NCBI GenBank assembly: GCA_965279375.1
Contig: OZ257156.1
Coordinates: forward strand, 4,416,001 to 4,480,000
Reading direction: 5' to 3'
Length of the DNA stretch: 64,000 nucleotides
From: Gemmatimonas sp.
Lineage (GTDB): Bacteria > Gemmatimonadota > Gemmatimonadetes > Gemmatimonadales > Gemmatimonadaceae
The notes under the pieces are model-generated. The model was not told where the DNA came from, searched no databases, and was given only the letters and a program-made list of their open reading frames with translations. Of the stretch, positions 11,001 through 22,139 are shown one piece after another (the first letter of the stretch is position 1; each line of letters opens with the position of its first letter). The translations under genes were made by a program, and so were the position numbers.

Positions 11001-11360
11001 GAGCAACAGGCGCACGCCGCTGCTCACCAGCTTTTCCAGCGTCTCCACGCGCTCGCCTGCCACTTCGGCGTGCGGCTCCACTTCGCCAAAGCCTTCGCGC
11101 GGCGGATAGAGCGCGACAGGGAGATCGCTGACGATCGATTCGAGATCTGCCAGCCAGCGTTCGGCGTCTGAGAGCTGGTCGGTGACGATGACCACGAGGC
11201 GCTGCGGCAACGCGCGCGCGAGTGCGGCCACGAAGACCGCGTCGCTGGATCCAGCGAGACCGCCAACACGGAGACTCTCCCCGGGACCGGGGAGCGCACG
11301 CAGAACCCGCTCGAATGCAGGAAGCGCCTCGACGGCGTCGAGGAGGCGAGGTAAAGCCAT
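8049..11360 (-). CDS. mfd: Transcription-repair coupling factor Mfd
   Basis: RGGIFDIY, CarD-like VVHLEHGIG, GDVGYGKTE, DEEHRFG, TATPIPRT, QLRGRVGR, TRG motif DLEMRGAG. Confidence 0.98.
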   Translation of the reverse strand: MALPRLLDAVEALPAFERVLRALPGPGESLRVGGLAGSSDAVFVAALARALPQRLVVIVTDQLSDAERWLADLESIVSDLPVALYPPREGFGEVEPHAEVAGERVETLEKLVSSGVRLLLTTSRAVLEKTPLPRALSGARLELRKGDVRRPEELSAHLESIGFERVPMVEDVAQFSVRGGIFDIYSFGMAEPVRLEFWGDEVIELRHFDLNSQRSTRDAAMALVLPVDGRVRDDDGTLERITLPELWSPDALVIMPAGSSVLPEFVRTYEEAAHHTELARRRGEGTISRDTLFETPPTMASRMARFGTVRLNPPPQRAASASAADTTPNAPEPDVAFPMRAPETISRDLRVLRRLQRDGLHTIILCDNAGQAERLEELLGEDGPVAASLTIGVLGGGFIVPNVVRVLTDHEIFRRDRRMRRTRKYGTGAALDTLGALKPGDYVVHLEHGIGIYRGIERIFVRESTIEAAVIEYEGGDRLNVPLYRIDQIERYRSASDVSDDAPAPRLHKLGGNRWKQQREKTRMAILEMTQELLELYARRKVTTRPPHAIDGAWQRQLESSFLFEDTPDQRKATADVKKDLEGERPMDRLLVGDVGYGKTEIAIRAAFKAVQSGRQVAVLVPTTILAEQHARSFGDRFADFPVRVEVMSRFQTAKEQAVVVEALKKKQIDVVIGTHRLLSPDVVFDDLGLIIVDEEHRFGVKHKERLKQLKLQTDVLTLTATPIPRTLHQSLAGLRDLTIMATPPRDRSPVLTFVEPWDDSLIEEGISRELDRGGQVFFVHNRIETILAIADHLQRLVPRARVGVGHGQMKERELETVMRQFVEGEIDILVSTLIVESGLDVPNANTMFVNRADHLGLAQLYQLRGRVGRSHRRAYCYLLVPDRIDDDAERRLAVLEHHTELGSGYRVALKDLEMRGAGNLLGPEQSGFVHAVGFDLYLRLLDETVTQLSQGDGQKSWIPADVSLDYPAYLPDDYITSQDAKLDVYRRLTAMRLPADIEALQGEVRDRFGPLPTAAAALFGSAMLRVIGASLGVEGVLVRASEARVSFRADAVPRLKGLSAAFHGVQFQVDVKRTQPLALKLTRLGGAEMLEGLVRALRALAL

Positions 11361-11432
11361 CAGGACGTACTCAGTACGGGAACAGAACGAAAACGAGCAG
11401 AGCCGGCGCGCGCGATCGGGATCTGTCGCGCA

Positions 11433-13403
11433 CTATGCCGTGCGAGGAGCGGAAGGGATGCGGTCGCCGCTGGCGGGACCGCCTTCCGATGCGCCGCCCG
11501 AAAAAGCACCGCGGGCGAACCACGCCTCCAGCAGCAGGGCACCCAGCGCGAGCGCGAGCAGGATCGTCAACAAGGGGCGACCGGCCGCCTGTTGGAAGAG
11601 CTGGGTGCGCCACACATCTGGACTGGCCACCGAACTCACGGTGCGCCCACTCACGCGCGACAGGAACCCGTTGGTTCCGACTGCCCCCTGCCCCACGTCT
11701 GACTCCTCCGCCTCCGGATTGATGACGAGCGCCCCAACACGAGCCGCCTGCCTGCGCAGAAGATACACCCCCGCCTCGGCTGGCACGGTCAGTCGATCTC
11801 CTGTGAGCTGAATGAGCGTGCCGTCGGATCGTTCCAGCGCACTGACGCCGCCAAAGCCGCTCAGCAGCTGCCCGGGATGCGCGGCGATGAGCTCGCCGTC
11901 GTCGCCCAGTCGGCGAGAGAGCGATTCCAGCAGCCACGGCACGAACCCCGCGCGAAGCGGCAAGTCGGTCGCCTCAGGGGCCAGCGGCGAGCCGATGATC
12001 ACGTATTGCTCGCCGGCGACCACCCACGGTGCCCCGCCCGCCGTGGCGAGCGTGTCCGTTCGCGTCGCGGCACCGCCGGAACCGGGAGAGCGCACGAGCG
12101 GAAAGCGTACGCGCACCGAGGCACCGTCGAGCGCACCGGCGGGCGCGGCTGCACCCGTCGCGACCACCGCCCGGGTGGCGTCGGTGGCGTGCGCGAGCAC
12201 GAGGTCGCGTGCGATCGCGCCAAAGCGCCAAGGGATACCGAGTCGGGCGAGCGTGCGATTGGCCTCACCGACTCGCACCGGATCGGTCGGCGCGGTGAGC
12301 AGAACGGGACCGCGAACATTTGCGGCATCGGCGCCGCTGACGGCGACGACGCCCGGTGCACCCTCGGAGCCGCGCCCGAGGCGCTTCTCCTCCACCAGCG
12401 TGGTGAGCGCCGCATTGAGAAACGGCCCTGCCTCACTGCGCACGGCCACCGACGGCGGCGGCGCCACGCGAACCGCGAACCATCGCGTGTCATCGCCCCG
12501 CAATTCATCGGCGTCGAGTTCAACGCTGCCTCGCACCCACCCCGTGCTGCCGCTGGCCAACTTCTGCGCGATGCGCGTGGGCGAGCCGAGCGAACCAGGG
12601 GCTGCCGAACCACGCGCGACGGTACGGCCGTCGAGCGTGACGCGCCACGGAGTGACATCGGCCGCGGTCACGGCGAATTGCACGGCCCCCGACGGCGTCC
12701 AACGCGTGGGGGACGCCTGTGCGTCGAGCACCGCATGATCGCGCAGCGCGCCGCGCGGGCGCACGAGCGCGATCAGCGGCACGTCGCCCACGACCAGGGC
12801 GCTGTCGGCGGCGCTGCCGAAGGCGTTCTGCTGGCCGTCGCTGACCAAGGCGACGGCGGGTGCGCGCGGCGCGCCGCTCTTGGCCAGCGAGACCGCGCGG
12901 CGCGTGGCACTCGCGAGATCCCCGCGTCCGCCCAGCGGTTTGAGTCCGCGCAACACTTCCTCGAGCGCAGCCGGCGATCCTCCCACCACACGGCCGTCAG
13001 CCATGACGATCCACGCGCGGTCGTCCTGCGTGAGCGTCCCGACCAGGCCGAGCGCATCGGCGCGGATGTCGTCGAGCGCCTGCTTGCCATCGCGCACTGC
13101 GCTGCTGCTCATCGAGTTGTCGACGAGGATGGCGAGCGACAGTGGCGCGTGTCCGAATCCGGCGAGGTTCGCCACCGGGCGTGCGGCGGCCAGCGCCAGC
13201 GCGAGCACCGCGAGGATGCGGAGAATCAGCAGCGTGCGATGCCGCAGCTTGAGCTCGCGGCTGTGCTCCTGCTCCATGCGCGTGAGATAGCGCACGGCGG
13301 GAAAGTCCACACGTCGCACGACCCGACGACGCAGCAGATGCACGGCCAGCGGAACACCAACAAGCGCAGCGAGACCAAGGAAGAGCGGGGCGAGAAACGC
13401 CAT
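11433..13403 (-). CDS. BatA N-terminal / vWA domain membrane protein
   Basis: MAFLAPLFLGLAALVGVPLAVHLL...FPAVRYL...LALAAARP BatA-type N-terminus; MIDAS-like DNSMS and SDGQ; C-terminal TM segment; start overlaps the upstream stop (TGATG). Confidence 0.82.
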   Translation of the reverse strand: MAFLAPLFLGLAALVGVPLAVHLLRRRVVRRVDFPAVRYLTRMEQEHSRELKLRHRTLLILRILAVLALALAAARPVANLAGFGHAPLSLAILVDNSMSSSAVRDGKQALDDIRADALGLVGTLTQDDRAWIVMADGRVVGGSPAALEEVLRGLKPLGGRGDLASATRRAVSLAKSGAPRAPAVALVSDGQQNAFGSAADSALVVGDVPLIALVRPRGALRDHAVLDAQASPTRWTPSGAVQFAVTAADVTPWRVTLDGRTVARGSAAPGSLGSPTRIAQKLASGSTGWVRGSVELDADELRGDDTRWFAVRVAPPPSVAVRSEAGPFLNAALTTLVEEKRLGRGSEGAPGVVAVSGADAANVRGPVLLTAPTDPVRVGEANRTLARLGIPWRFGAIARDLVLAHATDATRAVVATGAAAPAGALDGASVRVRFPLVRSPGSGGAATRTDTLATAGGAPWVVAGEQYVIIGSPLAPEATDLPLRAGFVPWLLESLSRRLGDDGELIAAHPGQLLSGFGGVSALERSDGTLIQLTGDRLTVPAEAGVYLLRRQAARVGALVINPEAEESDVGQGAVGTNGFLSRVSGRTVSSVASPDVWRTQLFQQAAGRPLLTILLALALGALLLEAWFARGAFSGGASEGGPASGDRIPSAPRTA

Positions 13404-14311
13404 CAGAGCATCGCTCCGCGTCCGTTGGCACCGACGAGATGTCGCAGGGCGTGGCCATACGGCTGATCGGTCACGGCGAGCGCATAGCGTGCCCCTGCAC
13501 GGCCGAGCGCACCGCGCCATTCGGCCAACGCCTCCTGCACTGTGGCCTGATACGCCGTGCGCACGTCGCCCGGCGCGGCTGGCACTTCCACGCGCGTTTC
13601 CACGTCGCGGTAGAGCGCTTCGCCTGCTTCCGGGAAATCGCGCTCGGCGGGATCCATCACGTGCAGCACGAGCACCTCGTGGCCGCGGGCGCGGAGCGTG
13701 CGCGCGGCGTCGGCAACGGGCGTGGGGTCCACGAGCAGATCGGAGAGCAGCACCACGAATCCGGGGCGCCGCACCATGCGTCCGGCTTGCATCAGCGCCG
13801 AGGCGACGTCGGAGGACTCACCTCCGCCTGGCTCGCTGAAGGCAGCCACGAGTCGGCGCCATTGGGCGCGCTGGGCGCGCGGAGTGACGACGCTGCGCAT
13901 GCCGGCATCGAAGCGAAGCAGGCCGACGGCGTCGCGCTGGCGGATGAGCAGCAGGGCGACGGCGGCCGCGAGCCGTTCGGCATAGGCCAGCTTGGTGAGT
14001 CGAGCGGGATCGCCGGACCACTGCATCGACTTGCTGACGTCGAGCACGATCATGGCACGGGCGTTGGTCTCTTCCTCGAACTGCTTGACCACCCAGCGGT
14101 CGGCTCGGGCCGCGATGCGCCAGTCGAGATACCGCAGGTCGTCCCCGGGCATGTACGGCCGATGCTCGGCGAACTCGACACTGAAGCCTTTGCGCGGAGA
14201 GCGATGCATCCCGGTGATGAAGCCGTCCACGACCCAGCGCGCCACCAGTTCGAGGTGGCCCAGAGCGGCGAGGACGGCAGGGTCGAGCTGATCGGCGCGC
14301 GGAGTGGACAT
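13403..14311 (-). CDS. DUF58 family protein (MoxR-associated vWA-like)
   Basis: GMHRSPRKGFSVEFAEHRPYMPGDDLRYLDW, VKQFEEE, LDVSKSM. Confidence 0.92.
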   Translation of the reverse strand: MSTPRADQLDPAVLAALGHLELVARWVVDGFITGMHRSPRKGFSVEFAEHRPYMPGDDLRYLDWRIAARADRWVVKQFEEETNARAMIVLDVSKSMQWSGDPARLTKLAYAERLAAAVALLLIRQRDAVGLLRFDAGMRSVVTPRAQRAQWRRLVAAFSEPGGGESSDVASALMQAGRMVRRPGFVVLLSDLLVDPTPVADAARTLRARGHEVLVLHVMDPAERDFPEAGEALYRDVETRVEVPAAPGDVRTAYQATVQEALAEWRGALGRAGARYALAVTDQPYGHALRHLVGANGRGAML

Positions 14312-14532
14312 GCGACTCGGTACGGGGAGACGGCGGAGATCGCTGAGAAACTACAGGCCGGACGGGGAATGTGCCCGGGCCGCCGATGGATAGTCATTCA
14401 TGAGTCGCTAATGCCGGCGTGGGACGAATACTCTCGACAGACTTCCTAACCAACCGTACGCTTCTCCCGTTGCGGTCTGCGGAAATAGCAGCTTCCCGGA
14501 CCCGGAAAATCCCGCATTGAGCGGAGGTATTC

Positions 14533-16038
14533 ATGCGCAGGGTACGAGGATGGGCCGCGGTGGCGGCTGTAGTCGCAATGACGGCGCCGATGGTTGGCGT
14601 GAATGCTCAGCAGGTGGCGCCAAAAGTCACGCTATTCGGCGGCGGCGGAGTAGCGTCGTACAAGGACTGGCCCGGCACCACGCTCAGAGTCGATCAGGAT
14701 GCGTACGTGACGGTGTTTGCGGTGACGCGTGGGCGTCGGGATTTCCCGATCGCCGTGCTGTCGCCGACCTCTCCGGGCAGCACGAACAAGTTGAAGGCCG
14801 GTCGCAAGTACGGCGTGCGTTCGCTCACGTCCACGCAATTGCTGCATCTGGTGGATTACGGTGAAGCGCCGATCGTGGTGGCGTTGGCGTCGACGAGCCG
14901 CCCGAATCTCGAGGCGTTCATGGACCGCGGTGGATGGGGAAGCGATCTGCTCGTCTCCGACAGCACTGTCGTCGACGTGCAGGGGCTGGTGAAGGCTTTG
15001 GCGCAAGCGGCGTATCCCGCTGGCTCGGCATACACGGCCGAAGTGCAGACGCCGTCGAATCCCATTCCGACCTCGTATCGCGCGTCCACGTGGCAGTTCG
15101 AGCAGCCGTGCGGTGGTCAGACTTCGCAGATCGAGGCGGATCGTCAGCGCGTTGCGTTTCTCTCGGGGTACGGGACCGATCTGACCATCTCGGAGGCGCA
15201 GAACTTTCTGTACCTGATGGGCGGCGTGCAGGGCGGACTGATCCCGGGAACGCCGTATCTGGTGTCTGGTGGAAACCGCGTCAGCATTGAGCCGTCACGC
15301 ACCTACATCGGTTCGCTGAGCGGATGCAGCGGGTATCGCGTCGCCTGGTGGCCGCGCGTGATCATCCCGCCCTCGCAGCCGACGCTGCCGGCGGGTCCGG
15401 CGCGGCTGCCGGCAGACACGGCCATCGCACCAGTGACCGACCGGGTGCGCGTGGGCCAGATCGAAGAAGTCGGGCAGCCGCGTCGCGGTGGGATCGAGGA
15501 GTTGGGACCGACGCGTTCCGGGCCGATCGACATGGACGGCGGCACGCGCCAGCCGCGTGAGCGCGTTGCGCGTGTCGTGGAGGATCCGGAGGCGTCAGCC
15601 TGGCGTCGCGGCGAAACCGGCAGTGAGCGTCGGTTCCCGGACGTACGCGACGTGCGTCGCGAGCGAGTGGCCGAGCAGTCGCTGGACGCGCAGGCGATTC
15701 TCTCCGAACTGCAGCGCGGTTCGCGTAACCGCACGATCGACGCGGGCACAGGCGTCATGGGTTCCGATGGCCGCATTCAGGTTCGCGCGGCTGCGCAGAA
15801 CGCCGGTGCGGAGATTCAGACTGCCAAGGAACGGGCCTGGATCGAAAACAACCAGACCAACACCAATCGCACCGCAACCGCTCCGGAGAACCGTCGGCGG
15901 GAGCGGGTGATCGAGGATGGGGCGCAGGTGCATGTGGCCCCGCCTGCTCCGGTCGCAGCCCCTGCACCGGCCCCGGTGATTCCGACGCCTGCACCTGCCC
16001 CGGTGCCGCCGCCGGCCAACGGCAAGCCGATTTCCTGA
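14533..16038 (+). CDS. Secreted hypothetical protein (possible DUF4384-like N-domain, disordered/Pro-rich C-terminus)
   Basis: GGAGG RBS; signal peptide ending VNA-Q; paralogous to the next gene. Confidence 0.7.
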   Translation: MRRVRGWAAVAAVVAMTAPMVGVNAQQVAPKVTLFGGGGVASYKDWPGTTLRVDQDAYVTVFAVTRGRRDFPIAVLSPTSPGSTNKLKAGRKYGVRSLTSTQLLHLVDYGEAPIVVALASTSRPNLEAFMDRGGWGSDLLVSDSTVVDVQGLVKALAQAAYPAGSAYTAEVQTPSNPIPTSYRASTWQFEQPCGGQTSQIEADRQRVAFLSGYGTDLTISEAQNFLYLMGGVQGGLIPGTPYLVSGGNRVSIEPSRTYIGSLSGCSGYRVAWWPRVIIPPSQPTLPAGPARLPADTAIAPVTDRVRVGQIEEVGQPRRGGIEELGPTRSGPIDMDGGTRQPRERVARVVEDPEASAWRRGETGSERRFPDVRDVRRERVAEQSLDAQAILSELQRGSRNRTIDAGTGVMGSDGRIQVRAAAQNAGAEIQTAKERAWIENNQTNTNRTATAPENRRRERVIEDGAQVHVAPPAPVAAPAPAPVIPTPAPAPVPPPANGKPIS

Positions 16039-16088
16039 TCGCGATCAACGCGCCGGCCATCGCACGAGCCGGTGGGAGCGGTGCAAGA

Positions 16089-16904
16089 ATGAAGACGGTT
16101 CGATCCGTCCGTGCGGCGCGAAATGTGGTGGTGAGCTTGCTGCTTGGCGCGGCGAGCTCCCCGCTGCATGCGCAGACGTCCTCGCGTGCAACAGAGGTCC
16201 CGAATCTCCGGTTGCAGGGCGTTGGTGGGGTGCGCTCCTTGGTGGACCTGAGCGGCGTATCCGTGTCGGTGGACAGCACCGCGTACGTGGCGGTCTTCTT
16301 ACTGTCCCCCGGGATGAGGGAATCCCCGTTGCAGGTGATCTCGCCGGCCACTCCGGCGACGTCGAGTCAACTCGCCGCGGGGCGTCGGCAGCGCACGTTG
16401 CCGCTCGCTGCGAGCGCGTTGCTGCGTCAGAGCTCGGCGGGCGAACCGATCATCGTCGCATTCGTCTCGACGGTGCAACCGAACCTGGACGTATTCCGGG
16501 ACGGGGATCGGTGGGCCACCGACCTGGTCGTGACCGACACTGCGGCCGCAGCGCCGTCTGCCTTGGTGCAGTCATTGGCCACGGCGCTGTTCGGAGTCGC
16601 GGCCACGCGTGGCGTTGTCGCGCCATATCGCGTCATGGTGCAGCAGCTCTCGTCTGCCCTGCCGCTCAACCGGTACGGCGGCGTGCCGTCCGCGTCCGAA
16701 TGTCTGTCGGAAATCGTGCGCACGGGCTGGTCGCCCGCCTTCGCGGAGAACTACGGCAACAGCGGCGAACTTCGACCGTTAGATGGCGGAAGCGGAGGCT
16801 GCAGCGGATACCGGGTGGACTGGGTCGCGCCGGCGCCTTCTGCTGGATCGAGCGCGGGCGCATCGGCTCAACCGCCCGCCCCTCGGGGATCGGGAAAGCC
16901 GTAG
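16089..16904 (+). CDS. Secreted hypothetical protein, paralog of the upstream gene
   Basis: Signal peptide ending LHA-Q; shares AYVxVF, PIxVA, PNL and GCSGYRVxW motifs with 14533-16038. Confidence 0.7.
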   Translation: MKTVRSVRAARNVVVSLLLGAASSPLHAQTSSRATEVPNLRLQGVGGVRSLVDLSGVSVSVDSTAYVAVFLLSPGMRESPLQVISPATPATSSQLAAGRRQRTLPLAASALLRQSSAGEPIIVAFVSTVQPNLDVFRDGDRWATDLVVTDTAAAAPSALVQSLATALFGVAATRGVVAPYRVMVQQLSSALPLNRYGGVPSASECLSEIVRTGWSPAFAENYGNSGELRPLDGGSGGCSGYRVDWVAPAPSAGSSAGASAQPPAPRGSGKP

Positions 16905-16948
16905 GCGAGCCGGGCGGAAACGGCATCCGATGCCGTCGCGTTTGAGGC

Positions 16949-16983
16949 AAAGGCGAGCGCCCGAGGACGGCGGTCGCCTTTTT
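16949..16983 (+). terminator. Intrinsic terminator
   Basis: AAAGGCGA...TCGCCTTT stem ending in a T run. Confidence 0.55.
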
Positions 16984-17007
16984 CGTGGGTGATCCCGCTA
17001 TCTTCCC

Positions 17008-18840
<1,833 letters not shown>

Positions 18841-18847
18841 CCACGTC

Positions 18848-19876
18848 GTGGTCTCCGCCGTCCTGCAAACCAGCTTTCTTGGGGACATGATCCTCACCAC
18901 GCCCCTGCTCGCGCGACTCGCCGAGCGGGGGCGTGTTGTCGTGGTGGCCACGCCGGCTAACGCAGCGTTGCTGACGAATCATCCGGCGGTGTCGGATGTC
19001 ATCGTCTTCGACAAGCGCGGAGCAGATCGCGGGGTGGGCGGCGTACTGCGCGTGGCGCGAGCGTTGCGCGCGACGGGTGCGGAGCGCGCGTACATCGCGC
19101 AAGGCTCGATGCGCACGGCGGCCCTCGCTCGACTGGCCGGCATTCGGGAGCGCGTGGGCTTCGAGACATCACCGGGGCGCGTGCTGTACTCCGCGCGCGT
19201 GCCCTTCCGCCGCGAGCTGCATCACGCACAGCGTTTGTGGCAGCTGGCGTCGGCGCGCGACGACGCGAGCGCGCCGCGCGTGCGTCCGTCGCTGTTTCCG
19301 AGTCACGGTGATCGGATGTCGGTATCGCGCTTGCTGGAAGCGCACGCGATCGACGCGACCACGCCGTTTGTCGTGTTGGCCCCCGGGAGCGTGTGGGCCA
19401 CCAAACGCTGGCCATCGTTCGACGCGCTGGCAGCGGCGTTGGCGTTGCACCCAGCACTGCAGGAGCATCGCGTCGTCGTGATCGGCGCAGCGGGCGACGC
19501 ACCGCTCGCACGGGCGATTGGCGAGTCGTTGGCAGCGGCCGGTGCGCCTCCGGCGGTTGATGCGACCGGCAAGCTGTCGCTGCTGGGCTCCGCCGCGCTG
19601 CTCAGCCGCGCGCGCGGGCTGGTGACCAACGACTCCGCGCCGCTACATCTCGCCTCGGCGATGGATACGCCCACCGTCGCGCTGTTTGGGCCGACGATTC
19701 CAGCCTTTGGCTTTGGGCCGCTGGCATCGCGCACGAGCGTCTTCGAACAGACCACGCTCGAATGTCGGCCGTGCCATGCGCATGGTCCGCAGCGCTGCCC
19801 GTTGGAGCACTGGCGGTGCATGCGCGATAGCAGCGCCGATCAGGTTGCCTCAGCGCTGGTGGCGCTCACGCGCTGA
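18848..19876 (+). CDS. Glycosyltransferase family 9 (LPS heptosyltransferase-like)
   Basis: LGDMILTTP, APGSVWATKRW, VTNDSAPLHLASA, ALFGPT, C-terminal Cys cluster. Confidence 0.9.
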   Translation: MVSAVLQTSFLGDMILTTPLLARLAERGRVVVVATPANAALLTNHPAVSDVIVFDKRGADRGVGGVLRVARALRATGAERAYIAQGSMRTAALARLAGIRERVGFETSPGRVLYSARVPFRRELHHAQRLWQLASARDDASAPRVRPSLFPSHGDRMSVSRLLEAHAIDATTPFVVLAPGSVWATKRWPSFDALAAALALHPALQEHRVVVIGAAGDAPLARAIGESLAAAGAPPAVDATGKLSLLGSAALLSRARGLVTNDSAPLHLASAMDTPTVALFGPTIPAFGFGPLASRTSVFEQTTLECRPCHAHGPQRCPLEHWRCMRDSSADQVASALVALTR

Positions 19877-19891
19877 GGCCGCGCTGGGCGA

Positions 19892-21058
19892 TCAGTACCT
19901 GAACGCCGATCTGAGTCGCTGCCACCACTGCTCGTCGAACGCCGACGCCGCCGCCGGGTTGCCGCCGTTCGGATCGGCTTCCTCGCCGTGTCGCACGACC
20001 ACGAGTTCGAGGCTCGGGATCACGTAGATCTTCTTGTCGCCCTTGCCGAGCGCAGCGACGAGATCGCGCGGTGCAGAGGGAAAGAGCGAGCCTTGCTGCG
20101 TCGGCAAGATATACGGTCCTGGGAGGCGGTACGTGCTGCTGCCGTTGAGCCACCACAGGTAGCCGTAGCCCGCGTTATCCGGTGGGGCCTGACGCCACGC
20201 CGTCGCGAACCAGGCGCTGTCGGCGAGGATCTGCGTGCCGTTCCATCGTCCACGATTGAGCGCGAGCAGGCCGTAGCGCGCCATGTCGCGCGCGCTGCAA
20301 CTCAGGATCAGCCCCGGCTCGCCCATGTCGATGTTCAGACGCCAGTTGGCCGTAGCCATGCCGATGCGGTCGAAGAGCAGCGCCTTCGACGCTGCCGTCA
20401 CTGACTGTCCCGAGGCCTCGGACACGACGCCGAAGAGCTGGTAGTAGGCGGGATTGTTGTAGTAGAACCGGTTGCCGGGAAGCGCGACGAACTTGAGCGA
20501 ATCGTCGAGGCCGAAGCTCATGCTGAGCAGGTGTCGCACGGTGATGCGCGCTTCGGTGCTGGGGCTACGCGACCAGCCCGTGCCTAGATATTTCGCGGCG
20601 CTGCTGTCGAGCGAGATGCGTCCCTGTCGTGCGAGCTCTCCCACGAGCGAGCTCACTACCGACTTGCCGGCCGAAGCGATGATCGAGTCCTTCGTCGCGG
20701 TCCAGCCGTTCCAGTATCGCTCCGCGACGATCCGTCCGCGCCAGAGCACCACCACCGCTGTCGAACGTTGCGTGCCGGCCCAATCGAGCGCCGAGCGCAG
20801 GGCCGCGGTGTCGAAGCCCAGACGCGCCGGTGCAATCGTGTCCCAGCTCGCGTCGCCGAGCGGTGGGAAGTAGGCCGGCAGCGTTCGAGGATCGACGGGC
20901 GTTGGCGTTGGGGTGGTTGGGGTGCTGGGCGTCGTCGGAGTGGTCGGCGGTGTGACCGGCGCGCTGGTGGGCGTTTCACCGCGGCAGGCGACGAGCAGGG
21001 CGACCCCAAAGGGCGCGAGGGCGCGGAGGGCGAGGCGGAGGCTATGGGAGCGGCGCAT
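19892..21058 (-). CDS. Serine hydrolase (beta-lactamase class C-like), predicted lipoprotein
   Basis: Lipobox LVAC; SAGK (SxxK); ITVRHLL; YYNN; YGYLWW; Pro/Thr linker. Confidence 0.88.
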   Translation of the reverse strand: MRRSHSLRLALRALAPFGVALLVACRGETPTSAPVTPPTTPTTPSTPTTPTPTPVDPRTLPAYFPPLGDASWDTIAPARLGFDTAALRSALDWAGTQRSTAVVVLWRGRIVAERYWNGWTATKDSIIASAGKSVVSSLVGELARQGRISLDSSAAKYLGTGWSRSPSTEARITVRHLLSMSFGLDDSLKFVALPGNRFYYNNPAYYQLFGVVSEASGQSVTAASKALLFDRIGMATANWRLNIDMGEPGLILSCSARDMARYGLLALNRGRWNGTQILADSAWFATAWRQAPPDNAGYGYLWWLNGSSTYRLPGPYILPTQQGSLFPSAPRDLVAALGKGDKKIYVIPSLELVVVRHGEEADPNGGNPAAASAFDEQWWQRLRSAFRY

Positions 21059-21152
21059 GCCCCAGTGGACGACCCGGTCGCGAGCGCGTTAACGGTCCGT
21101 TCCGCGTGGGTCCGCTGGCGTCACAGGCGACCGACGGCATTATGTTTGCCCC

Positions 21153-22139
21153 ATGCCTCATAACTCACTCTTTGTCGGCGTCGATCTGGGCGGCACGAAC
21201 ATCGTCGTCGGCGCGATGTCGGACGACGGTTCCCACCAGTTCGGCATGCACAGCGAGCCCACCCGCTCCGAGGAGGGCGCGGAGGGTGTCATCGCCCGGA
21301 TGGCGCGCATGGTGGAAGCCACCATCACCACGGCGATGCGCGAAACGGGCGCTGAGCGCAGCGCCTTCAAGGGCGTGGGTATCGGCGCGCCGGGTCCACT
21401 CGATCGCGCCAAGGGGATCGTGAAGGTCGCGCCGAACCTCAAGTGGAACGACGTCCCGCTGCGCGACCGCATGACGGAGCTGACCGGACTTCCCGCCGCC
21501 ATCGACAACGACGCGAATTGCGCGACGTATGGCGAGTGGTGGATCGGTGCAGCGCGCGGTGGACGCAATGTTGTGGGCATCACGATCGGCACGGGGATCG
21601 GCGGCGGACTGATCCTCGACGGCCAGCTGTATCACGGTTCGAGCGACATGGCCGGCGAACTTGGCCACATCACGATCGACCAGAACGGTCGTCGCTGCGG
21701 CTGCGGCAACTACGGCTGCCTCGAAGCGTATGCGTCCGGTCCGGCCATCGCCGAGCGTGCACGCGAAGCGCTGGCGTCGGATGGCAGCTCGATTCTGCTG
21801 TCGCTGGTGGACGGCGATGCGTCGCGCATCACGGCGCAGTCGGTGTACGACGCGTCGGCGCGCGGCGATGCGGTGGCGAGGGATGTGGTGCGCGACACGG
21901 CGCGCTTTCTGGGCATGGGCATCGCCAACCTGCTCAACATTTTCAATCCCGACGTCGTCGTGGTCGCGGGTGGCGTGACGCAGGCCGGCGACGCGCTCTT
22001 CGAGCCGATGCGCGCAGAAGTGCGTCGTCGTGCGTTCCGTCCAGCCGTCGAGGCGTGCCGGATCGTGCCCGGCGAATTGCCCGGCAATGCGGGCGTCGTG
22101 GGCGCGGTGGCGGCCTTCCGAGCGCAGATGGTCTCGTGA
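21153..22139 (+). CDS. ROK family sugar kinase (glucokinase-like)
   Basis: GVDLGGT, DNDANCA, GTGIGGG, GELGH, CGCGNYGCLE. Confidence 0.93.
   Translation: MPHNSLFVGVDLGGTNIVVGAMSDDGSHQFGMHSEPTRSEEGAEGVIARMARMVEATITTAMRETGAERSAFKGVGIGAPGPLDRAKGIVKVAPNLKWNDVPLRDRMTELTGLPAAIDNDANCATYGEWWIGAARGGRNVVGITIGTGIGGGLILDGQLYHGSSDMAGELGHITIDQNGRRCGCGNYGCLEAYASGPAIAERAREALASDGSSILLSLVDGDASRITAQSVYDASARGDAVARDVVRDTARFLGMGIANLLNIFNPDVVVVAGGVTQAGDALFEPMRAEVRRRAFRPAVEACRIVPGELPGNAGVVGAVAAFRAQMVS

Noticed and set aside
8796..11171. Long antisense ORFs (791 aa opposite mfd; also 36164-37822, 39370-40815, 47369-48724, 54096-55667)
   Set aside because: Shadow frames expected from high-GC codon bias opposite well-supported genes; no motifs or RBS
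14460..14515. GGTCCGGGAAGCTGC on the minus strand, reminiscent of the SRP RNA core
   Set aside because: Lacks the GNRA-capped helix-8 pattern and the long closing stem
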